Both the position numbers and the translations under genes were made by a program. The notes under the pieces were generated by a model that saw only the letters and a list, made by a program, of their open reading frames with translations, was not told the origin of the DNA and made no database searches. Below, one piece after another: positions 44,221 through 53,541 of a DNA stretch of 64,000 nt (positions within the stretch are counted from its first letter, which is position 1; each line of letters begins with the position of its first letter). The DNA lies in the NCBI GenBank assembly GCA_963662585.1, contig OY759729.1, positions 1,248,001-1,312,000 of the forward strand. Direction: 5' to 3'. The DNA is from Candidatus Cloacimonadales bacterium (GTDB lineage Bacteria; Cloacimonadota; Cloacimonadia; Cloacimonadales; JAFGVF01).

Positions 44221-44884
44221 CTAATAAGTCCGGTCTTCTTTCTTTAGTAAGTTGGTAAGCTTGTTGTTCTTGCCACCTTTGAATCTCTTTATGGTTACCT
44301 TGCAGGAGGACCTCAGGGACTTTAAGACCGCGATATTCGGCAGGTCGAGTATATTGAGGTATTCCTAATAATCCATCTTCAAAAGAGTCATTTAGGGCTG
44401 ATGTAATATCACTGATGACTCCATCTTGGAGTCTAGCCAGGGCATCGACAAAAAGCATAGCGGGTAATTCACCGCCTGAGAGAACAAAATCACCAATAGA
44501 AATTTCATCAGTAACTAGTTGATCTCTTACTCTTTGATCTAACTCTTTATAGTGTCCGCAGATAATAGCAATTCTTGGTTTTTCAAGATATTCTTTGATA
44601 ATATTTTGATTAAGAACTCTTCCTTGAGGGGTAAAGTAGATAACTGGAATGTTTTTCCAGTGAAGAAAATCATAGGCTTCGAAAACTGGTTCAGGTTTCA
44701 TAATCATTCCGGAGTCTCCTCCATAGGGATAATCATCAACTTGTCTATTCTTATTGAATGCAAAGTCTCTTAAATTAACCAAATTAATAGTAAGAGCATC
44801 TTTCTCTTGAGCTTTAGCGATAATGCTAGTAGAGAAGACATTCTCAAACATATTAGGAAAGAGAGAGAGGATATCTATAATCAT
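44210..44884 (-). CDS. trmD: tRNA (guanine-N1)-methyltransferase
   Basis: VDDYPYGG, SIGDFVLSGGE, YTRP. Confidence 0.97.
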   Translation of the reverse strand: MIIDILSLFPNMFENVFSTSIIAKAQEKDALTINLVNLRDFAFNKNRQVDDYPYGGDSGMIMKPEPVFEAYDFLHWKNIPVIYFTPQGRVLNQNIIKEYLEKPRIAIICGHYKELDQRVRDQLVTDEISIGDFVLSGGELPAMLFVDALARLQDGVISDITSALNDSFEDGLLGIPQYTRPAEYRGLKVPEVLLQGNHKEIQRWQEQQAYQLTKERRPDLLDEE

Positions 44885-45399
44885 AGTTCTCTCAGGCTCT
44901 TAGTATTTTGGAAATAGACTTTCTTTTCCGAGGGATTTACTTCTTTAATATAATAATCGACTTCCGGGATAAGTAGTTCTTTATCATTTTCATCAAAAAT
45001 AACAACAATTCTATGACCAGGGGTGTAGATAAAATCTACAACACGCCCAAGATATAGTTCATCTTCATAAGCCTGAAAATCAGTAATATCTAAGTCTGCA
45101 TCACCCTGATTAAGGGAATAATGTTGATTTTTGGGAATAGCTAGTTTAGCAGACTTTCTAATTTCATACTCTTCTTCCACACCATCATCATTAAAGGATA
45201 TCCAGTATTTAGAATTTTGAATCGAAAGTTTCTTAACTTCCACATAAAACACTCTATGTTCTGTAAAGATCAAGTAAAGTTTGGTAACTTTATCAAAAAT
45301 AGCAGGTTGAAAATTATCATTGGGAATAAACTGAAATTCTATTTTATCGTTTATGAGGTTTCCCAACCTGCCTATAACTAAAAGTTCTTTTTCTATCAT
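44881..45399 (-). CDS. rimM: Ribosome maturation factor RimM (divergent)
   Basis: Synteny between khpA and trmD; C-terminal PRC barrel ELLIP motif. Confidence 0.75.
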   Translation of the reverse strand: MIEKELLVIGRLGNLINDKIEFQFIPNDNFQPAIFDKVTKLYLIFTEHRVFYVEVKKLSIQNSKYWISFNDDGVEEEYEIRKSAKLAIPKNQHYSLNQGDADLDITDFQAYEDELYLGRVVDFIYTPGHRIVVIFDENDKELLIPEVDYYIKEVNPSEKKVYFQNTKSLREL

Positions 45400-45630
45400 C
45401 TATTCGATAATTTCAAGTTCTGCTCTTTTTCCTTGTTTAGTACTCACAGCATTTAGAATTGTACGAATCGCTCCAGCAGTTTTACCCTTCTTACCGATAA
45501 CTTTACCGATATCTTCTTTAGAAACTCTAAGTTCAAAAAGAGTAATTTTATCTCCATTTATTTCAGTGATTTTTACTTCACTTGGATCATCTACAAGAGC
45601 TTTAACAACAAATTCTATTAAATCTTTCAT
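45400..45630 (-). CDS. khpA: KH domain RNA-binding protein
   Basis: DIGKVIGKKGKT GxxG loop; downstream of rpsP. Confidence 0.92.
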   Translation of the reverse strand: MKDLIEFVVKALVDDPSEVKITEINGDKITLFELRVSKEDIGKVIGKKGKTAGAIRTILNAVSTKQGKRAELEIIE

Positions 45631-45645
45631 TAGATTCTCCTACTC

Positions 45646-45936
45646 TTAGCTCTGTTTGCTAGTAGCAATTTGCTTTTTCTTTGCATTATGCCAAATTTCT
45701 AACACGCCAGCTTTTCTAAGAATAGAGCGAACTGTATCTGTAGGTTGTGCACCTACTTCAAGCCATTTAATAGCTTTTTCTGTATCAACTTTTATATCAG
45801 CCACTTCAGGCACTGGATTGTAGTAACCTACACTCTCAATATACTTTCCATCTCTTTTCACGCGAGAATCAACTGCAACGATTCGGTAGAAAGGGTTATT
45901 TCTAGCACCCATTCTAGTCAATCTTAGCTTTACCAT
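45646..45936 (-). CDS. rpsP: 30S ribosomal protein S16
   Basis: [24 protein letters not shown]. Confidence 0.98.
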   Translation of the reverse strand: MVKLRLTRMGARNNPFYRIVAVDSRVKRDGKYIESVGYYNPVPEVADIKVDTEKAIKWLEVGAQPTDTVRSILRKAGVLEIWHNAKKKQIATSKQS

Positions 45937-46240
45937 ATTAACTCCTTATTCTATATAAATCATTTTATATTATATTTTAACGATAACATCTTTTTTTTAT
46001 TTATAGTACCCGTCAAGATATTTTTTTCTTATTATTTTTCAGCATGCAGATGCGAGACTAGTCTAAAATAATTTCACTAGTTCTCCTTTGCAGTGCTTAT
46101 GCAGATATCAAGGGATTTTCTATAAGTTCCTTGGGGGATTTCCTCTTATATTTCCGCCCTTACTGGGCTTTGAGAGGTTTTCTCATATTAAGCTTGATCT
46201 TAATACTTGGAATCCCTGAATATATTTCTTCATAATTAAA

Positions 46241-48351
46241 ATCGAGTAGGGTGGTGCGTTAGCACCATCCCTCTCACAGAACCGTGCGTACGGGACTCGT
46301 ACACGGCTCCTGATAAACCTTGTAATTATTCATAATAATTAAATAAAACACTTGTAGGTTTCGATAGTAAGTCATATAGCCCTAATTGCTCAAACCATTC
46401 ATTAGGTAAAGCTCTATGAATATGATAACAACCAGAATTCTTCCAATGTGTCATAGATATTTTCGGAAAATCACTTTTATGCCCAACTCTTCTAAGTTGT
46501 TGGTGAAAAGCTTTCCAACTTTTCCATTCCCGCATTTTCTTCATTCTTAGTCGCCGCCTTATCCATGATAATAGAGACTGAAAGACTCCTTTGCAATTTG
46601 CCACCCTAAAGTAATTCGACCAACCTCTCAATATCGGATTAAGTCTTTTAATCATTGTCTGGACATTAATTCCGCTATTCCGTGGAGTCAGTGACCGAAT
46701 CTTATCTTTGAACGCTTTTACTCTTTTATCCTCTATCTTTACATATGATTCATGTATTTCGAAGCCAAGATACTTGACTCCTTTAAATACACTCGCAATA
46801 TGTGTCTTTTCTTCATTTACGATGAGATAAATTGAGTTTAGATATTCTACCGCAATTCGTTGATATTGTTCTGCTTTTTTCTTAGTCTTAGCAAAAAGTA
46901 AAATGTCATCAGCATAGCGTACTATCTCGATTCCTCGACTTTTCATTTCTTGGTCAAAACTATCAAGATATATGTTCATAAGAAGTGGAGAGATTACCCC
47001 TCCTTGTGGACTTCCTACTTCAGTTTCGCTATACTTCCCTTCTTGCATAACACCAGACTTTAAGATTTTCTCTATCAACTTTAATAATGTTCCGTCACTT
47101 ATTTTCCTATTTAATGATTGCATTATGAATTTATGATTTAATGTATCAAAACATTTTGATAAATCCATATCCACTACAAAAGGAAGCTCTTCCTGAACCA
47201 TTAATATATGTGCTTTAGCCACTGCCTTTTGACAACTTTTGTTGGGACGGTAGCCATAGCTTTGTGGATGAAAATCAGGTTCAAAAATTGGTTGGATGAT
47301 GTTATTTATTGCCTGCTGTACGATTCTATCTTTTACAGTAGGTATTCCTAATGGCCTCATCTTACCATTTCCTTTAGGTATCTCTACCCGTTTCACAGGT
47401 GATGGGATATACTTCCCACTTTTCAATTCTAAATGAATCTGCTCTAAGTTCTCTTGTAGAGTCTCACCAAACTTAGATATAGTAATATTATCTATACCTT
47501 CTGCACCTCTATTTTTCTTTACCTTTAGGAAAGATTCATAGAGATTACCTTTTGAGTAAACTTTATCAATTAAACTGTACCACTTTTTCATTTAGTTTCT
47601 CCTTTTTCACAATAAACAATGTTTAAATTATACTTTCAAATGACAGTTAATTCAATGAAGACCTTCGAAGTTTTTAGCATAAAGCAATCTATCAAAGATT
47701 TTATAGGTTTTGACTATTATCCTTTTTTTAACTTCATCTACTCAGTCTCGTAAGGTCATGATAGAAAGAAGGTACTCACCACCGTCTATCCGAGCCTTGA
47801 ATCTTTCGATTCTCTTCGTTTCCTACTTTTAAGAAAATATCTCTTTAATTATGTTTATTCTTTGGTTTATCTTCATCCCTTCACATGAGATATTTCCTTT
47901 TGAAAAATATCCCCCAATATTACTAAGAATATTGTCCCCTCTGTTTTATCCTCCAGTCTGTCACCAGCTTTCATAGGCAAAGGGTTAGTCACTACTACGG
48001 AATCATCTGCCACCTGCTTATGCTTAATACAACTCTTGCCTTTCAGCTTGTAGTCATAGTTACTCTATTAGAGACATTAACAGGCTTCCCCAGTTAAGCT
48101 ATCCTGCCTGAATGTAAATCCATCTGTTGTAATCCATGTAATCGACTGACTTTTGGGCGTTCTCACTTTTCGAAGAGTTACCCACTACATGAACCAAAAT
48201 CAGTTTACTTTCGCTATGTTCCACATTCTTCCTGCGTCTTACTTCAGACCCTGCCGTTGCCAGCAACGCCCTTGACCTCAGATTGACTTCCTGTCAGTTG
48301 GGTGTCAGGACTTCTTTCAGTCCATCGGCTCAGATAACATTCTGGGCAAAC
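46241..48351 (-). mobile_element. Group II intron, class IIC, inserted in terminator U-tract
   Basis: 5' end GTTTGCCCAGAATG right after hairpin+T5; D5 gagccgtgtacg..cgtacgcacggttc; D6 ending tactcgAT; internal RT ORF. Confidence 0.92.
46326..47591 (-). CDS. ltrA: Group II intron reverse transcriptase/maturase (no endonuclease domain)
   Basis: RPLGIP, SYGYRP, DLSKCFD, PQGGVISP, RYADD, LRGWSNYF (domain X). Confidence 0.95.
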   Translation of the reverse strand: MKKWYSLIDKVYSKGNLYESFLKVKKNRGAEGIDNITISKFGETLQENLEQIHLELKSGKYIPSPVKRVEIPKGNGKMRPLGIPTVKDRIVQQAINNIIQPIFEPDFHPQSYGYRPNKSCQKAVAKAHILMVQEELPFVVDMDLSKCFDTLNHKFIMQSLNRKISDGTLLKLIEKILKSGVMQEGKYSETEVGSPQGGVISPLLMNIYLDSFDQEMKSRGIEIVRYADDILLFAKTKKKAEQYQRIAVEYLNSIYLIVNEEKTHIASVFKGVKYLGFEIHESYVKIEDKRVKAFKDKIRSLTPRNSGINVQTMIKRLNPILRGWSNYFRVANCKGVFQSLLSWIRRRLRMKKMREWKSWKAFHQQLRRVGHKSDFPKISMTHWKNSGCYHIHRALPNEWFEQLGLYDLLSKPTSVLFNYYE

Positions 48352-48377
48352 AAAAAGGCCTAAGAAAAACTCAGGCC
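48352..48377 (-). terminator. Intrinsic terminator (intron target site)
   Basis: ggcctgag-ttttt-cttaggcc + TTTTT; T-tract continues as TTT after the intron 3' end. Confidence 0.85.
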
Positions 48378-48409
48378 ATTATTTCTATTTCTGTTTTAAA
48401 ATAATTTAA

Positions 48410-48853
48410 TTATTCTTTAGTCTCTTCATCTTCCTCACAGTTACAGTCATCACCGCAGTTGCAATCTTTATCTGTTTCGTCACAGTTGCAATCATCACCG
48501 CAGTCACAATCTTCCTTCTTAGGAGAGTCAGACACTTTAATAGCAAAGACTTCAATATTTAACTTAACTTTACTTAGAACAGGATAGAAATCTTCAATAT
48601 ATTCAGTAACTGTAGTTTGAATATCTTCATTACTGTCAATAACATCTTGTTTAAATCCCACACTAATAGTAATAGATGAAAGAACCATATTAATATTAAT
48701 CTTTGGTTTTTCTCCATAGACATTATTTAGAAATTCTGGCAAGGATTTGCTTAATTTGGAAATAGCGGATATTTTCTGATACATTTTGAATCCTGCATAT
48801 CCTATTCCAGATATAGCTCCTAACCACAGTACTTTCTTAATAAATTTACTCAT
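48410..48853 (-). CDS. Membrane-anchored hypothetical protein with Cys/Asp-rich C-terminal repeats
   Basis: ATG 48853 after GGAGGAG; N-terminal hydrophobic helix; two DCxCGDDCNC repeats. Confidence 0.8.
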   Translation of the reverse strand: MSKFIKKVLWLGAISGIGYAGFKMYQKISAISKLSKSLPEFLNNVYGEKPKININMVLSSITISVGFKQDVIDSNEDIQTTVTEYIEDFYPVLSKVKLNIEVFAIKVSDSPKKEDCDCGDDCNCDETDKDCNCGDDCNCEEDEETKE

Positions 48854-48890
48854 TTCTCCTCCTTTCAAGTTTAGTTGGTGAAAATATCAT

Positions 48891-49601
48891 CTATTTATAG
48901 ATAGATTTAATTTTTCCCCATGATTTTTTTGTATTACTTACAGGTGTACCTGCTTGAACATCATCTAAAGTTCTTGGGTTGATACTGAAAGCATCAAAAC
49001 CATAGTTAACATTACCAATAATTGCAGAATAAGTAGTGCCAACTGCAGGTTCTGGATGTACATAGAATAAATCATCTACAAAACATGCACCAGTGTTATC
49101 ATTAACAGCCCATTGACCGTAGTTATCAGCTTCTTGAGTAACAGTAACATTCATAACTTTAACTAAGCAACCTTCATAAGATTCAGCAGTCATTCCACCA
49201 GAAATTTGGTTTGTAGTTACGATAGTAGGATTTGGAACTGGGTTACCTGAGCTAAGAACAGTAACACTACAGTAAGTTAATTCTGTATAGCCATAATATT
49301 CATCAACAGTAGCAGTAACTTCTACTAAGTCACCAAGTTGAACATTAACACTCCAATCGAAAACATAGATACCTTTCCATGCTCCACCTTCAGGTTGAGA
49401 GATAAAGAATTTTCCAATTTCTCCAGTAGTGTTTGCACGATTAGCTGTAACAATACCTTGAACAGTTACTTCTTGTCCATCAAAAGTAGATGGATAAGTT
49501 CCATCACTACCAGCATCAGTAGTATACTGAATGTCATAAATAGTAGTAGCACTCATAGCTACAGTAGCAATTAACAATAATACAAGTAAAAAGTTTTTCA
49601 T
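48891..49601 (-). CDS. Secreted OB-fold-like repeat protein with C-terminal SWGKIKSIYK motif
   Basis: Signal peptide; GQEVTVQGIVT, GDLVEVTATVDEYYG, ESYEGCLV resemble extracellular nuclease-associated OB domains. Confidence 0.7.
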   Translation of the reverse strand: MKNFLLVLLLIATVAMSATTIYDIQYTTDAGSDGTYPSTFDGQEVTVQGIVTANRANTTGEIGKFFISQPEGGAWKGIYVFDWSVNVQLGDLVEVTATVDEYYGYTELTYCSVTVLSSGNPVPNPTIVTTNQISGGMTAESYEGCLVKVMNVTVTQEADNYGQWAVNDNTGACFVDDLFYVHPEPAVGTTYSAIIGNVNYGFDAFSINPRTLDDVQAGTPVSNTKKSWGKIKSIYK

Positions 49602-49954
49602 AATAAACTCCCTTTTTTATTTACATATTTTTTTATACACGCAATTATAAGTCACAATTATCATAGTGACAAAATAGTGTCAATACTTTTTTAACTTTTT
49701 TAAGAAATATTAATTAATCTTTCACTAGAGTTATTAAATTTTTTCTTTATAAATTACCTAATAATTTCATAAAAGCCATTTATTTTGTCTGGACTGCATT
49801 AATACCTATACTCAAACGGCATAAAAAGCTTCTTAGTCGCATATTTTTTCCCTAATTTACTGTAGAGCTTCTATATAAGGGTGTGGACTTAATTTAGAAT
49901 TATTAGTCACGACCTTATATCATAACCTACAAGTAATCATTATATACCAAAAGA

Positions 49955-49990
49955 GCAAAGTCCTATTAAACTATATAAATAGGACTTTGC
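49955..49990 (-). terminator. Terminator-like hairpin after FN3 lipoprotein gene
   Basis: gcaaagtcctatt..aataggactttgc. Confidence 0.7.
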
Positions 49991-50016
49991 GACTAGGTCA
50001 ATTTCTTTTATATCTA

Positions 50017-51303
50017 CTACTTATCACTCACTTCAAAGTTAAAATGCCCATTAGTTGTAAAAGAACCACCTTCCCAACTAGTTAATAAATTACTTCCTTG
50101 ATAAATACTACCGGCCATTGAGCCCCTTCCATCGGTATCAATACAGTGGAGATAATACAATCCTGCTTCTAGATCAACTCTATATTGAAACATCTCGCCA
50201 GGTCCATCAAATGTCTGAAAGTCTGCGAATATTGTTTCATGGCTACCTTCTTTCCTTATATTCCAAGAAACATATTCAGTATTCCAAGCAGTGAGATAAA
50301 GATAAATTGCATCTTGAGATAATTCAGTAACTTCAATTTCACATTCATTAGAGTAGTCGGAATAGTCGGTAGTTTCAACAAAATCATTATAAGTTCTAAG
50401 TCTATATTTTAAGATATCACCATATTGGAAAGCTAAAGTATCACTATCGACAAATTCAACCACATCTATTTCTGCTACATTTGCAATTTCTATAAAGTCA
50501 CCTTGATTAATTTTTCTTTCAACAATAAAACCAGTTTCACAGCCAGAATAATCCAACCAATGTAGTTTTATTGACTTATCAGAATTAACATTACCGTGCA
50601 CAAATCCTGGTTCATACAAATTCAAATTATATTGCCAAATTGTATAATTCACTGATGTTGAAGAGATTATGCCATCTTCATAAGGACTTTCACTTGTGAT
50701 TCTAAAAGAATATTCTCTACTCAAACATAAATCGGTAATTATGGCTTGGTTTGTATTTTCCTCAAACAATTGAGAGGAAACAAATTCACCTTCGGTTGAT
50801 GGATGGACTCTAAAGTACTCTTCTGTATCGCTATTATCATCCCAAGTTATCTTAACAGCAGATTGGCTAAGCGCATGAACTTGAAGATTTGTAGGTGGAC
50901 TCCAGCGAGCTGTTTTAATGGAAATAGTGTCTTGAACACAGATTTCATTATCAGTCACAACATTGAGTTGGTAGAAATATTCATGATTTTCAGATAAAAG
51001 GGAATCAGTAAAAGATATTTCAGAAATATCTTGTAAAAGAACTAGCTCCTCTCCATCTCTAGTTAATTGATATAAGCTAAAATTTCTCTCATCAGTTTCA
51101 GACCAAGTTAAAGTAACCTTAGAAGATCGGATATTACCATTAGCATATCCCACGGAGAAATCCCCTTCATCTTGTAATAGCTCTCTATTAAATTTTGACC
51201 CAATTGCTTCAGCTAAATCATCATTATCATCATTTGTAGGTGATTCACAACTAATTGCAAATAATATCAATACACAGATAACTGGATAAATAAACTTTTT
51301 CAT
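50017..51303 (-). CDS. Lipoprotein with fibronectin type III domains
   Basis: Lipobox AISC; PTNL..ITWDDNSDTEEYF, LHWLDYS..ETGFIVER. Confidence 0.8.
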   Translation of the reverse strand: MKKFIYPVICVLILFAISCESPTNDDNDDLAEAIGSKFNRELLQDEGDFSVGYANGNIRSSKVTLTWSETDERNFSLYQLTRDGEELVLLQDISEISFTDSLLSENHEYFYQLNVVTDNEICVQDTISIKTARWSPPTNLQVHALSQSAVKITWDDNSDTEEYFRVHPSTEGEFVSSQLFEENTNQAIITDLCLSREYSFRITSESPYEDGIISSTSVNYTIWQYNLNLYEPGFVHGNVNSDKSIKLHWLDYSGCETGFIVERKINQGDFIEIANVAEIDVVEFVDSDTLAFQYGDILKYRLRTYNDFVETTDYSDYSNECEIEVTELSQDAIYLYLTAWNTEYVSWNIRKEGSHETIFADFQTFDGPGEMFQYRVDLEAGLYYLHCIDTDGRGSMAGSIYQGSNLLTSWEGGSFTTNGHFNFEVSDK

Positions 51304-51572
51304 TTTTACTCCATTTCTTTTTTATATTTTTTTATTATGATTTTGTAATGTTACTTTTTAAGTACATTTCACTTATTCATATCCACTCATTACACTATTA
51401 ATTTTAATATTTGTAAATATATACTGTATAATATTGAAGAGTTATAATTTTAGTCAATACTTTTTTACATTTTTTTTAAATATTTTACTACTTTGAAGTA
51501 ATAGTATTTTCCATAACAATTCTAGAAGATAATTTTCATAGACATTTAATCATATATCAGCAAATTGGAATT

Positions 51573-53219
51573 ATGAAAAACATAACACTTTTAGGAATAA
51601 ATTCCAGATTTACTCATTCTAATTTGGCCTTATATTATATCCGTGAATCTATTAAGGATTTAGGATTTAATCTTGTCCATCTAGAGGAGAGTATTAATCA
51701 GAATAAATTAAATATATTGGCTCAGGTAATGAAAACAGTTCCGGATGTATTGGCAATTTCCACTTATATTTGGAATAGAGAGATTGTTGATTTTTTAGTA
51801 ACTTCTTTAAAGAGAATATCTCCCAAGATAAAGATTGTATTGGGTGGACCTGAAGCAGGCTACAATAGTTCCTTTTGGTTAAGCAGGCCTTTTCCTCCTG
51901 ATTATGTCATCATTGGAGCTGGAGAAGCTGGCTGGAGATATTTAGCAGAGAATAACTTTAGGTTAGATAAGAAACTGATAAATATTCCTAATCAACCTTT
52001 TATGTCCATAGAATTACCTTATCGCCAGCAAGATTTTAGTTCACTTGAGCATAAGTATGTCTATTATGAAGCTTCGAGAGGATGCCCTTTCAAATGCTCT
52101 TTTTGTTTATCTTCGAGAACTGATCAGAAGTTAGAGTATAAGACTATTGACCAGATTAAGCAAGAGCTTGGCAAAATACTAATTCATGAACCTAAGATAA
52201 TAAAATTTGTTGATAGAAGCTTTAATGTAGATAGAAGTATTTCCCAAGAAACTTGGAAATTTATTAATTCTTTAGAAACATCAACTAAGTTCCATTTTGA
52301 AGTTCATCCCAATCTCTTCACTGAGTCAGATTTTGAAATCTTAAACGAAACTCCTCCTGAAAGAATCCAATTTGAAATCGGTGTTCAATCTACCAATCAG
52401 CAAACTATTTCTGAGATTAACAGGAATCATCATTTTATTCAGTACAAGAATAAATTGAAGCAACTACTAACTATCAAGAATATTCATACTCATCTTGATT
52501 TGATTATCGGCTTACCTTATGAAGACAGAGATTCTTTCCTTAATTCTCTAAATGATTTACTCTTATTAGAACCAGATGTAATTCAATTAGGATTCCTTAA
52601 AATTCTCCCAGGTACCAAAATGCATCAGAAGAAAGAGGAATATGGAATAATTTATGATTCTCAACCTCCTTATCAAATTCTTCAGACCAAGTGGATTTCC
52701 TTCCAAGATATTGCTTATTTCTTAGAATTTGAAGATTCGTTTAATCTAATTCATAATACTACTCGTTTAAGAAACACTTTGGGTTTTATTAATTCTTATT
52801 ATTCACGACCTGTTGATTTATTTCTACACTTTGCTACTTACTTACAAGACAAAGAAGCATTATCAAACACTAATTGGATTAATCTTTTCTCTACTTTTAG
52901 AAGCTTTTTAATCAAGTCTCATCCAAATTTAGATAGAGACTTATTAGATGATTATTTAAGTTGGGATTGGCTTTTACATTCACGAAAGAACAATCTCCCT
53001 TCTTTCTTAGATAGAGAAGCAAATCATAGTTTCAAAAGAGAGGTCTTTGCTGATTTAAAAGGTGATAATTTTGCTTATTGGGAAGATTTATTAGGTGAAG
53101 ATATCAAAAGCCTCAATAATTGTGCCTTTTTTATTCCTAAAAGTAAGATATTTTCTCACGCTATTTTGAATGACAAGAAAAGGGTCTTGGTATTTAAAGA
53201 AAGCATCTTCTTCAACTAA
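51573..53219 (+). CDS. B12-binding domain radical SAM protein
   Basis: LGGPE, YEASRGCPFKCSFC, FEIGVQS, HLDLIIGLP. Confidence 0.9.
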   Translation: MKNITLLGINSRFTHSNLALYYIRESIKDLGFNLVHLEESINQNKLNILAQVMKTVPDVLAISTYIWNREIVDFLVTSLKRISPKIKIVLGGPEAGYNSSFWLSRPFPPDYVIIGAGEAGWRYLAENNFRLDKKLINIPNQPFMSIELPYRQQDFSSLEHKYVYYEASRGCPFKCSFCLSSRTDQKLEYKTIDQIKQELGKILIHEPKIIKFVDRSFNVDRSISQETWKFINSLETSTKFHFEVHPNLFTESDFEILNETPPERIQFEIGVQSTNQQTISEINRNHHFIQYKNKLKQLLTIKNIHTHLDLIIGLPYEDRDSFLNSLNDLLLLEPDVIQLGFLKILPGTKMHQKKEEYGIIYDSQPPYQILQTKWISFQDIAYFLEFEDSFNLIHNTTRLRNTLGFINSYYSRPVDLFLHFATYLQDKEALSNTNWINLFSTFRSFLIKSHPNLDRDLLDDYLSWDWLLHSRKNNLPSFLDREANHSFKREVFADLKGDNFAYWEDLLGEDIKSLNNCAFFIPKSKIFSHAILNDKKRVLVFKESIFFN

Positions 53220-53247
53220 GAGGTTGCTTCTCAACTGTTCATCCTAT

Positions 53248-53329
53248 GATCCTCCCCTGCTCCTTCTAACTCATCACAATGTTTCTTTGAGCATTATTTA
53301 AGGTGTGTGAGAAGTAGGAGTTGAAGACA
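53248..53329. repeat. 82-bp degenerate palindromic element, copy C
   Basis: gatcctcccctgctccttctaactcatc-N26-ggtgtgtgagaagtaggagttgaagaca. Confidence 0.65.
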
Positions 53330-53541
53330 ATAGGAAGACCACTTAATAACTAGGGGAAGAGGCCAATCGGTTTGAATATTACCCTTTCAATCGTCTAAGA
53401 AAAATTCAGAAGAGATTATCTACATAGTAAATCCTTCTTCCTTCATAATAAATAATGAATGTTAGGTCAAAAATTTCTTGTTATTTAGCCTTCTTTCGAT
53501 TAGATTGTTTAAAAAATTAATCTTAATCGGAGAAGCAGATA

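Noticed and set aside
46040..46200. Fourth copy of the 82-bp palindromic element
   Set aside because: Only a weak left-arm resemblance and no matching right arm at 26 bp.
46326..47591. Diversity-generating retroelement (RT plus Avd-like gene)
   Set aside because: The RT has a maturase X domain and sits inside intron D5/D6. I saw no TR/VR pair, and the four-helix gene is 43 kb away and disrupted.
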